From positions 1 through 28,987 of IMG/VR virus record IMGVR_UViG_3300025503_000003: a stretch of 28,987 bases of DNA; one strand, written 5' to 3'. The stretch is from a virus (taxonomy: Duplodnaviria > Caudoviricetes). A program made the position numbers and the translations under genes. Under the pieces are notes generated by a model, which did no database searches, was not told the DNA's origin, and saw only the letters and a program-made list of their open reading frames with translations. Positions 17,306 through 25,120 of the stretch are shown piece after piece. Each line of letters begins with the position of its first letter. Position 1 is the first letter of the stretch.

Positions 17306-19057
17306 TCAGGTGACGGCTTCTTCGACATCTTCCTCGGGCGCCTCGCCGACATCCTCACCGTCGGGCTCGGTTCCGGCCTTGGCGACCTTGCCCTTCTCCC
17401 CGGCGCTGTCGCGGCGGACGCCGGCGGTCTCACCCTTCGCCTCGGTCTTGGCCGGGTCCTTGTTCGGCGTCATGCGCGCTCCGGGCGGCTTCTCACCGTC
17501 GGCCGCCTTCTCGGCGCCGAACTTCGCCGAGATGTAGGACGAGACGAGGCCCTGCCAGATACCGGCCATGCCCGGATCGAGCGGCGACATGGACATGAGC
17601 TCGAGCAGTTCCTTGTGCTCTGGCTTCTTGCCCAGGGTCTCGAGCTTCGGCATGTCGTTCGACGCGCGCATTTCGGCGAGCGTCATGCTGTTCCGCTTCG
17701 CCTCGTACGCCCTGGCATCCTCTTTCGGGTTCTTGCCGTAGAAGCGAAGGATGAGGTGCGGCCAGCGGGTCCAGATCAGATACTGGCTCAGGTGCTCCTC
17801 GGCCCCTTCCAGCAGGCCGGGCAGCCCAGGATCCGCCTCGTCTACGAGGTCCGCGGAGGACTGTCCCGTTTTCGGGGACTCGTCGCTGCCGCCCGACAGG
17901 TGGTAGCCGAGGCGATTGACCGGGAACCCGCTGATGGCGCAGAACAGGCCGCCCATCATGTTGATGTATTCCCGGTAGTAGATGTCGTTGCCCTTGATAT
18001 TGGTCAGGTCGACCAACTCGATGTCGCCGTCCTTCGGCACCGGGAAGGCGGGCAGGGCGTGTTGCTTCGTCGGGCCCGTCTTGAGGTTGCGCCAGACGCG
18101 CGACAGGCCCTCGACCTGCCGCGGGGTCCACAAGCCCTTGAGCTTCAGGAAGCCGTTCGGCACCGCGGAGCGCGTGAAGATGTCGGCGTTCATGTTGAAC
18201 GCATTGGTGAAGGCGCCGATCACGCGCAGCGTCATCTCGAGCTCGGAGTAGCCGTAGTTCGCCACTCCCGGGTCGGTGCGCGGGTTGCGGACGAGCAGGC
18301 AGAGATTGTCCCGGGTGAACCGATCGATCACCGTGCCAGCGTCGTCGCAGGAGACCGCGAAGATGTTCGGATCGCCCTCGAAACCGCCCTCGGCCGCCAG
18401 CTTCACGTTGCTGCCAGGGAAAGCCTTGAACGCCTTCACCTTGCCGTCCCGGGCCATGTCGGTCCAGATCGCGCCGAAGTCGTAGCGCAGGCTGTCGCGC
18501 ATCCAGGTCTTCATGAACTGCCGGAAGCCGGTCAGACCGTGCCTGTCCCGGTGCCGGGCATCCCAGTTGCTCTCGGCATTGCAGTTCGCGATGAAGTGCG
18601 TCGCCTCCTGGATGTCCTTGAGGTCGCTGGCGGTCGGCTCGGCGCTGCGCTCGCGCATCTCGATCCGCCAGCCGGGCTTCCAGATGTGCGTGCTCATCCC
18701 GCAGTAGCGGTCGATGTCCATCAGGCGCTGCTGGATCACCGCGCTGACGATCAGGTTGTCGTCGGAGCATATCTTGCGCAGCGTCGCCGGCTGCACGCCC
18801 GGCCACTCGACGAGGTTCCGGTCGTAGGAGCCCGGCAGCATCGTTCGCTGCCCGTAGCGTTCGTTGGACGGCGCCTGCATCAGGGCCTTCAGGAGTTCCT
18901 TCGTGCCGTCGAAGGCGTCGATCGCCGTCGACCAGACATCCCGCCAGGTGTTCAACTCCGATAGCTGGTCATGCACCGGGAACAGGGCGTAGCCGTCCTG
19001 CGCCTTGGCGATGGTTCCGTCCGGGAGGACGTTCGGGTTCGTCTCGTTATCCGCCAC
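17306..19057 (-). CDS. Phage portal protein
   Basis: VRNPRTDPGVANYGYSELE...NADIFTRSAVPNGFLKLKG motif, MTLAEMRASNDMPKL and a charged low-complexity tail. Directly downstream of the terminase; GTG start with GAGGG SD. Confidence 0.9.
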   Translation of the reverse strand: MADNETNPNVLPDGTIAKAQDGYALFPVHDQLSELNTWRDVWSTAIDAFDGTKELLKALMQAPSNERYGQRTMLPGSYDRNLVEWPGVQPATLRKICSDDNLIVSAVIQQRLMDIDRYCGMSTHIWKPGWRIEMRERSAEPTASDLKDIQEATHFIANCNAESNWDARHRDRHGLTGFRQFMKTWMRDSLRYDFGAIWTDMARDGKVKAFKAFPGSNVKLAAEGGFEGDPNIFAVSCDDAGTVIDRFTRDNLCLLVRNPRTDPGVANYGYSELEMTLRVIGAFTNAFNMNADIFTRSAVPNGFLKLKGLWTPRQVEGLSRVWRNLKTGPTKQHALPAFPVPKDGDIELVDLTNIKGNDIYYREYINMMGGLFCAISGFPVNRLGYHLSGGSDESPKTGQSSADLVDEADPGLPGLLEGAEEHLSQYLIWTRWPHLILRFYGKNPKEDARAYEAKRNSMTLAEMRASNDMPKLETLGKKPEHKELLELMSMSPLDPGMAGIWQGLVSSYISAKFGAEKAADGEKPPGARMTPNKDPAKTEAKGETAGVRRDSAGEKGKVAKAGTEPDGEDVGEAPEEDVEEAVT

Positions 19058-19064
19058 GGCGCCC

Positions 19065-21068
19065 TCAGAAGGTCAGCATCTGGAAGTCGTGATCGTCGGG
19101 AGAGGCATGCTCCTCACAGGACGAAATACGCATCATCGGGACCTTATGCCATGTGCAGTAGGCCCCAGGCAGAGAGCGCGTCTCGGCTGCGCTCTCGAGG
19201 TTGCGCTCCCGGATCGTCTCGACGAAGTAGCGGCAGGACGAGCATTGGTTCTGGCCGAAAGGCCGCGGGCCTCCAGCCAGGGCGTTCAGGTCCAGGCCCC
19301 CGAAGCCGCGGTTCTCCGGATGGATCTCGGTCTGCAGGTTGTCAGGCATGTGGACGAAGTTGCCGCCGTTGCGGATCGCCCACGTCACGCCGTACACGAA
19401 GGAGTCCACCTGATCGTCTCGGCCGCCCGGCGCCCCGGTGAAGTCCTTCGCTTCCTTGATGAATGCGTCCACCCACGGTAGCTCGGCGCCGCCGACCGGG
19501 GCGGGCAGCAGGACGCGATGCGAGCGGCACCAGCCCTGCACCGACCCGGCTCCGACGCCTTCGACCGCGCGGGCGCGCTTGCTCTCGAGGGAGCTAGGCA
19601 TGATCGGCTCCATCGGAATCCCGGCGTTTTCCAGGGTCTCGATCACCGTGACGCCGTACGCCTTCTTCTCCATGACGACGCGGGCCGGTTGCCAGCGCAG
19701 GTAGAGCTCGCGGACCTTGGCGCTCAGATCGGCGAACGTCAGCCGCTCGCGCAGGATGTCGAGCACGTACACGTCGTAGTGCGGCTCGCACTCGCCGAGC
19801 ACCGCGGGATCCTCGCCGGCGTGGTAGTCCGTGCAGGGCACCAGGAGCAGGGTGACGCCGACGGTGTAGTCCGATGTCGTCGAAGCGCTGAATGCGGTAT
19901 CCCATGCCTGGACGATCATCTGGCCCTGGCGGCAGAACGCCCGCGTCTCCGGCGACGTGAGGCCCAGCGCGAGATCGGCCGGCGCCACGTACCGGCGCTC
20001 GAAGTCTGAGTCGATGAAGACGGTTCCCTGCCGCGCCGAGGGATCGCACTGATAGACGGCCTGGGTCTTCGCGGGCTCCATGAGCTTGTTCGTGAAGTAT
20101 TCCTTGCGCTTCGGTTCGTGTCCCGGGCCGCGCTTGAGGCATTGCGGATGGTCGGGCCAGGGCCAGAAGAAACCCTGGTCCATGTAGTCCTCGCCGTACA
20201 CCCATTCGATCTTCCGGAAGGCGAGGCCGTTCCGCTCGATGGTCGTGTACGCCGGCGGTTCGCGGAACGGCAGCAGGTCGCCGTCCTGCGTGTGGAGCAT
20301 GCCGTCGGTGAAGACGCACTCGATGCCCTCTGGCACCGTGATGTCGAACCAGAGCTTGCGCGAGCCGGGCCGCTCGGCCGGCAGGGTCATGCACACGAAC
20401 TCGCCGTTGAACTGCAGGCGGCCGTAGAGATCGGCCTCATGCCAGCGGCGGCCCGCCAGGATGAACCGGGCGCCCTGCACATCGGCGCGGCCGCGCAGCT
20501 GGCTGACCCACTTCTCGGAGACAACCTGGCACTGCGCCTCGGAGGCGCTGTTGTCGGCGTCGTGCAAGTCGTCGAGGATGATCTGCTTGGCGTGCTTGCC
20601 GGTCAGCGCCTTGCTGCTCATGCCGCAGGCGTAGAACGAGGCGTCAGGGATCGCCGACGGGCGCCCGGTGACGAACAGGCCGCGCTCGTTCGACCAGCCC
20701 CGGTCCTTGTCGGGCTTCACGTTCGGGAAGGCCGCCCGGTAGGCGGGGTTCTGGTCGATCATGCGCCCGACGGCGTTCATGAAGCCAGCGGCGAGGTCCT
20801 GCGCGCCCGAGATGCCGAGCGTGGTCATGGTCGGGTCGTGGCCGATCACCCAGGCCGGATAGATGATCGACAGCAGGGTCGACTTCGACGAGCCGGGCCC
20901 GACCTGCAGCATGAGGTTGTCGATGCGGGAGTCGCAAAGGGCGAGGATGACCGGGTACAGGTGATCCGGCAGCCGGAAGCCTTCCTCGCGCTGCATCCAC
21001 TCGTAGAAGTAGGCCAGCGAGTCCGGGCCCCAGGTCCGGCACAGGGCCGCAGCTTCGGACTCTTTCAT
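19065..21068 (-). CDS. terL: Terminase large subunit, 667 aa
   Basis: Walker A-like VGPGSSKST, Walker B IILDD, RWHEADLYG, and RNase H-like nuclease motifs AWDTAF...DYT, MEKKAYG, DDQVDS. ATG at 21068 with a GGAG SD; the longer track ORF would overlap the divergent gene. Confidence 0.93.
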   Translation of the reverse strand: MKESEAAALCRTWGPDSLAYFYEWMQREEGFRLPDHLYPVILALCDSRIDNLMLQVGPGSSKSTLLSIIYPAWVIGHDPTMTTLGISGAQDLAAGFMNAVGRMIDQNPAYRAAFPNVKPDKDRGWSNERGLFVTGRPSAIPDASFYACGMSSKALTGKHAKQIILDDLHDADNSASEAQCQVVSEKWVSQLRGRADVQGARFILAGRRWHEADLYGRLQFNGEFVCMTLPAERPGSRKLWFDITVPEGIECVFTDGMLHTQDGDLLPFREPPAYTTIERNGLAFRKIEWVYGEDYMDQGFFWPWPDHPQCLKRGPGHEPKRKEYFTNKLMEPAKTQAVYQCDPSARQGTVFIDSDFERRYVAPADLALGLTSPETRAFCRQGQMIVQAWDTAFSASTTSDYTVGVTLLLVPCTDYHAGEDPAVLGECEPHYDVYVLDILRERLTFADLSAKVRELYLRWQPARVVMEKKAYGVTVIETLENAGIPMEPIMPSSLESKRARAVEGVGAGSVQGWCRSHRVLLPAPVGGAELPWVDAFIKEAKDFTGAPGGRDDQVDSFVYGVTWAIRNGGNFVHMPDNLQTEIHPENRGFGGLDLNALAGGPRPFGQNQCSSCRYFVETIRERNLESAAETRSLPGAYCTWHKVPMMRISSCEEHASPDDHDFQMLTF

Positions 21069-21228
21069 CGCGCGCTCCGTGGACTCCCTCCGTTCTGGAA
21101 GGCGAATAACCCGTTGCAATCGTGTCGAACGAGAGAAGGACCGTCCATGACGGCAGCGGCTCTCTAAGTCCCGCCGCCCGAGGGAGCTAAAGGGGGTGCC
21201 TCGGTCATGTGAGCCCGGAGTATCCCCG
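21069..21228. promoter_or_regulatory. Divergent control region holding motif A copy 2 (21100-21127) and motif B copy 1 (GACCGTCCAT, 21139-21148, within the CCGTC-CAT-GACGG inverted repeat)
   Basis: 160-bp gap between divergent genes. Both motifs recur upstream of other genes in matching orientation. Confidence 0.6.
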
Positions 21229-24200
21229 TTGAGCGGTGCGTATTGGGAGCAGCCCGGCTTCCTCATCCGGTTGCAGATCGATGAGTCTATCCTCGGCGGG
21301 AACGATATCCCGACTGCGGACGGCGTCGTCGCTGTGGGCTCGGGAGTCGTTGTCCCGGACGCGCCCCTCATCAGCGGCAACGGCTACACCTTCCAGGGTG
21401 TGCAACTCGGCGAGGGTCTGGTCTTCGCCGGCGGCACGCTCTCCGTCGTCTATCAGACCTCGATCACCATTCCGAATGGGCAACTGCTGGCCGGCGTCAG
21501 CGGGCAACTCACGCCGGTCTCGATCGGCAGCGGCCTCACCCTGTCTGGCGGCACGCTGTCGGCCGCCGCCGCGCCGCCGCCACAAGGCCAGTTGCTAGGC
21601 AGCACCGGCGCCGCGTTCACGCCGGTCACTGTCGGCAACGGCCTCACCCTGTCTGGCGGCACGCTGACCGCCTCGGGCGCTGCCGTCAGCATCCCGAACG
21701 CGCAGTTGCTTGGCGGCACCGGCTCGGAGTTCTCCGGGGTCTCGCTCGGCTCGGGCCTGTCCCTGACCAACGGTCAGCTTGCGACCCTCTGCACGATCAT
21801 CGGCAAGGCCATCGTCGGCGGTTCGATCGATGGCTCGACGACGATCAACGGCGTCGCCGCGAGCAACTACGTGACGCAGGCCGAGATGACCGCGGCGATC
21901 GCGGCCGCTGTGGCATCACTGGGCGGCGGTAGCGGCGGTAGCGGCCAGACCACGCTGACCCCGAACTGGGCTTGGCGCGCGGGGCTCAAGACCGGCGTCA
22001 ACATCGAGCGCCAGTCCGCAATCAACGCCACCTTCCTGGCAGGCGCCCTCGCGTCGTGCCAGGCCGCGGGCGTCACGCACGTCGGTATGACGGTGCCGTA
22101 CTCGCCTGAGTCGGACTTCCTGAACACGGGGCAAAGCCCCGTTCAGCCGTTCTCGAGTGCGACGTGCAAGCAGTGGTTCGATGCCGCCAACCAGTTCGTC
22201 CAAGCCGGCATCAAGGTGCGGCTCAACTGCTGCGACGTGACGCTGCTGTCGGATTACACTAATAACGAGGCCCTGCTCAAGCAGCAGATCGCTACCTGCG
22301 CCGCGCTGTACTCGTCCTACAACTGGCCGGCGAACATGGTCGCCATGAGCGCCTGTTCGGAGCTTGCTGGTTCGGGCGAGGACGCGCAGTGGGAGCCAGC
22401 CCTCACCGATCTCTGGACCTACCTCTCGGGCCTGCTGCCGGCCAACACGCCGCTGTGCCTGGGTGGTGGCGATTGGAGCTACTACACCGACGAACTATCG
22501 ACCTCCGGATTCTCGGTCCCGACGGCGCTCAAGAACCTCATCGTTTGCGAGATCCACACCTACGACACGTTCTACTCGCTGTCGCAGTGGCAAGGCGTCG
22601 CCTCGACGCTCGCGACGATCCAGCAGCAGACCGGGTGCCCGGCGTACATCGGTGAGACGGGTCTCTACAACGTCAATGGTGGCTCGGGCCCGTACAACGA
22701 GGTCGGCTTCATCCAGGGCCTCGGCTACCTGCCGACGGCGTTCGCAAACTACGGCTTCACCATCTGGTCCGACAGCATGTCGCCTGGCTCGGGGCCGATC
22801 AATAACAGCACGACCAGCGGCACGTTCACGCCGGCAATGGCGCTGAACATCGCTGCGGCGAATGCGCGCATGCCTGGTGCGCCCAGCGCGCTCGGCGTGA
22901 CGGCCACCATGCCGGTCTTCGAGACGATGGTCTTCGGAAACATCCCGCAGACCGCGAGCGGCGGGAGCGTGTCTGTCACGCTGACGATCTCCGATCCGCC
23001 TCCGTCTCCGAGCCTCTCGTTCTGGCTCGACACCCTTTCGACGCCGGTCACGCCGTCGAACACTGCCGCGACGACGACAAACGGCGCTCTCGTCTACACG
23101 CTGTCCTTCCCGGGCATCGCCGACGGCGTCCACAACCTGATCGTCGAGGACACCTCGAACCCGAATGCCGGCCAGACGGCCAGCGCCCTGTTCGGTGTCG
23201 GCGTCCAGACGATCAGCGGGACGCTTGCCGACCCGACGGCGTCGCCCACGACGCTGACGATCGCCACCACGGGCGGCCTGAAGAAGGCGTACTACGCCGT
23301 CTTCGCGTCGAACTACACCGCGTACGGGCCGTTCGTTGAAGACGACCTGACCGTGGATGCCAGCGGGAATGGAACGTGGTCGGGCACGATCACTCACACG
23401 CAGCCGACCGACTACGTGGCGCTCGCCGGCACGCCAGCCGGCGGCGACCCCGTCAACTACGTCCACTTCGCGGCTGCGGCGACCGCGCCGACCGTCGCGA
23501 CAAGCCTCACGATCAATGGGCCTGGCAGCCCGGTCGCGAATGCGACCATCACGCTGACCGGCGACTACCAGAGCGGGCCGCCCGAGGCGATGGACTACGA
23601 ACTCGGCGCGAGCGGCACCTGGGCGGCCCTCGGCAGCTTCTCGGCTGGCGGCGGGACGTGGTCGGGGACGATGGCGGGCCAGCCCTCCGGGTCCGTCCAG
23701 GTCACCGTCCGAGACCACAACGCGACCAGCGTCACGGCGACCGTCTCCTTCACGGTCGGCGCAACAGTCGGCACGATCGCCAGCATCGCGCTCACGCCGG
23801 CCAGCACCACGCTGACCGCCACGTCGAACGGCACCGGCGCCGCTACCTCGGTCGGCATCGCATGCGGCGCTGGCGCGGAGAATGCTACGGCTTACTGGCA
23901 GATTGCGAACAGCGCCGGGACCGTCTACGCGGGGCAGGCGGGGACCATCGGGCTGGACAGCAGTGGCAACGCCTCGCTCAACGTCACGGTCTACAATACC
24001 GGAGACGTGGTGTCGGTGTCCTCGCTCGCGTTCAATGGCGGGGCGCCGGCGACAGGTGCGGTCACCCAGAGCACGGCAGCCTACACCGTGAACGTCAGCC
24101 CCGGCGTTACGCCGCCCTCCTCGGCCGCCAGCCTGACGGCGCTGTCCGTGCCGCCGCGGGTCCGCTTGGCGGCCAGCGCGCTCGGACTCTCCGCTGGCGC

Positions 24201-24903
24201 TACCGTCACCACGGTCGCCGACCAGTCGGGCTACGGCAACAACGCGACGGCCATAGGGGCACCGCTCATCGCGGCGCCCTACAAGACCTACCAGGCGATC
24301 CACACCAACGGCTCGACCAGCGCCTTGGAATGCGACGCGGTGGCGCCGTTCCTGTCCGACCCGCCTGCGCGCCCGGCCGGCTGGACCGTCGCGATCGTCG
24401 TCATGCCGAAGACCCTGGGCAACAACACCAGCGGCAGCGGGGCGCAGAACTACATCTGGGATGCGACGAACTCGACCAGCACCGCCGCCGTCGATGTGCA
24501 GCTGTTCCTCGGCAACGATGGTAGCGGGCGCCCCTGCGTCCAGATAGATCAGCAGAACGCCTACGGCCCGGCTTACGGCTACAGCCAAGCGGGGTCGGCC
24601 ATTTCCACCACGCAGCCGACCGTTCTCACTTGCGCCTCGGGCACGACCTTCAACAGCACTACCGGGCCCACGCTCTACGTGAACGGGACGGCAGCGAGCG
24701 TTGGCAGCAACTCCTCGAGCGTCGATCAGGGCCTGATGAACAAGTTCCTGATCGGTGCCGGCTGGCTGCAGAACGCCGGCTCGACCCCCACCCAGGAGAT
24801 CAATCTCGAGATGTACACCTACGAACTGATCGTATGGGATAGCTCCTTGACGGTGGCGCAGATCCAGGCGGACGCAACCGCCCTGGCCGCTGCCTATGCG
24901 TAG
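21229..24903 (+). CDS. Large fibre/adhesin-like protein, 1224 aa: N-terminal MSGAYWEQP peptide, four shaft-like repeats, GH5-like (clan GH-A) barrel, Ig-like domains, C-terminal ConA/LamG-like domain
   Basis: TTG at 21229 with GGAG SD. GxGLxLxGGxL repeats; GVNI...ACSEL...CEIHTYD...PAYIGETG...FTIWS pattern of GH-A enzymes; ADQSGYGNNAT...YELIVWDSSLT typical of LamG-like ends. Confidence 0.7.
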   Translation: MSGAYWEQPGFLIRLQIDESILGGNDIPTADGVVAVGSGVVVPDAPLISGNGYTFQGVQLGEGLVFAGGTLSVVYQTSITIPNGQLLAGVSGQLTPVSIGSGLTLSGGTLSAAAAPPPQGQLLGSTGAAFTPVTVGNGLTLSGGTLTASGAAVSIPNAQLLGGTGSEFSGVSLGSGLSLTNGQLATLCTIIGKAIVGGSIDGSTTINGVAASNYVTQAEMTAAIAAAVASLGGGSGGSGQTTLTPNWAWRAGLKTGVNIERQSAINATFLAGALASCQAAGVTHVGMTVPYSPESDFLNTGQSPVQPFSSATCKQWFDAANQFVQAGIKVRLNCCDVTLLSDYTNNEALLKQQIATCAALYSSYNWPANMVAMSACSELAGSGEDAQWEPALTDLWTYLSGLLPANTPLCLGGGDWSYYTDELSTSGFSVPTALKNLIVCEIHTYDTFYSLSQWQGVASTLATIQQQTGCPAYIGETGLYNVNGGSGPYNEVGFIQGLGYLPTAFANYGFTIWSDSMSPGSGPINNSTTSGTFTPAMALNIAAANARMPGAPSALGVTATMPVFETMVFGNIPQTASGGSVSVTLTISDPPPSPSLSFWLDTLSTPVTPSNTAATTTNGALVYTLSFPGIADGVHNLIVEDTSNPNAGQTASALFGVGVQTISGTLADPTASPTTLTIATTGGLKKAYYAVFASNYTAYGPFVEDDLTVDASGNGTWSGTITHTQPTDYVALAGTPAGGDPVNYVHFAAAATAPTVATSLTINGPGSPVANATITLTGDYQSGPPEAMDYELGASGTWAALGSFSAGGGTWSGTMAGQPSGSVQVTVRDHNATSVTATVSFTVGATVGTIASIALTPASTTLTATSNGTGAATSVGIACGAGAENATAYWQIANSAGTVYAGQAGTIGLDSSGNASLNVTVYNTGDVVSVSSLAFNGGAPATGAVTQSTAAYTVNVSPGVTPPSSAASLTALSVPPRVRLAASALGLSAGATVTTVADQSGYGNNATAIGAPLIAAPYKTYQAIHTNGSTSALECDAVAPFLSDPPARPAGWTVAIVVMPKTLGNNTSGSGAQNYIWDATNSTSTAAVDVQLFLGNDGSGRPCVQIDQQNAYGPAYGYSQAGSAISTTQPTVLTCASGTTFNSTTGPTLYVNGTAASVGSNSSSVDQGLMNKFLIGAGWLQNAGSTPTQEINLEMYTYELIVWDSSLTVAQIQADATALAAAYA
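21352..21786 (+). repeat. Four intragenic repeats of about 36-38 aa
   Basis: VPDAPLISG..GEGLVFAGGTL, IPNGQLLAG..GSGLTLSGGTL, PPQGQLLGS..GNGLTLSGGTL, IPNAQLLGG..GSGLSLTNGQL. A 28-bp exact DNA repeat lies at 21531-21558 and 21639-21666. Confidence 0.9.
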
Positions 24904-25029
24904 CCCGCAGGGGCGGCCGGCGCCCGGCCCTCTATAGGCGCCAGGGCGGTCTCCGGTCTACAACCTTCTCTCCGCGGGAGAACGCCGACGGCCGAAGAAA
25001 ATAGAGGGGCAACCCCCAAAACACTTGCC

Positions 25030-25039
25030 GACCGTCCAT
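25030..25039 (+). promoter_or_regulatory. Repeated upstream motif B, copy 2 (GACCGTCCAT)
   Basis: Begins 91 nt before ATG 25121; the copy at 21139 begins 90 nt before TTG 21229. Confidence 0.4.
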
Positions 25040-25120
25040 CACTGTGAGCATCTATCTGCGTCCAAACCCGCCAGGGCCGTCCGGTCCCGGCGTCAGGAGG
25101 GCTATCAACCGAGGACCCTT

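Noticed and set aside
17297-18964. 555-aa + strand ORF and other long antisense or alternate-frame ORFs (e.g. 22495..24588, 2608..3684, 14435..15619, 20118..21167)
   Set aside because: They fully overlap well-supported genes, have Arg/Gly/Pro-rich or mirror-frame composition and no motifs; these are expected shadow ORFs in high-GC DNA.
3776-21276. The shared gene starts as site-specific recombination or inversion sites
   Set aside because: They are direct rather than inverted repeats, differ at synonymous positions, and no recombinase is present in the window.
24877-25010. HDV-like or hammerhead ribozyme, or tRNA
   Set aside because: I could not find the conserved cores (CUGANGA/GAAA arrangement, nested double pseudoknot, TTCRA T-loop); kept only as a generic structure.
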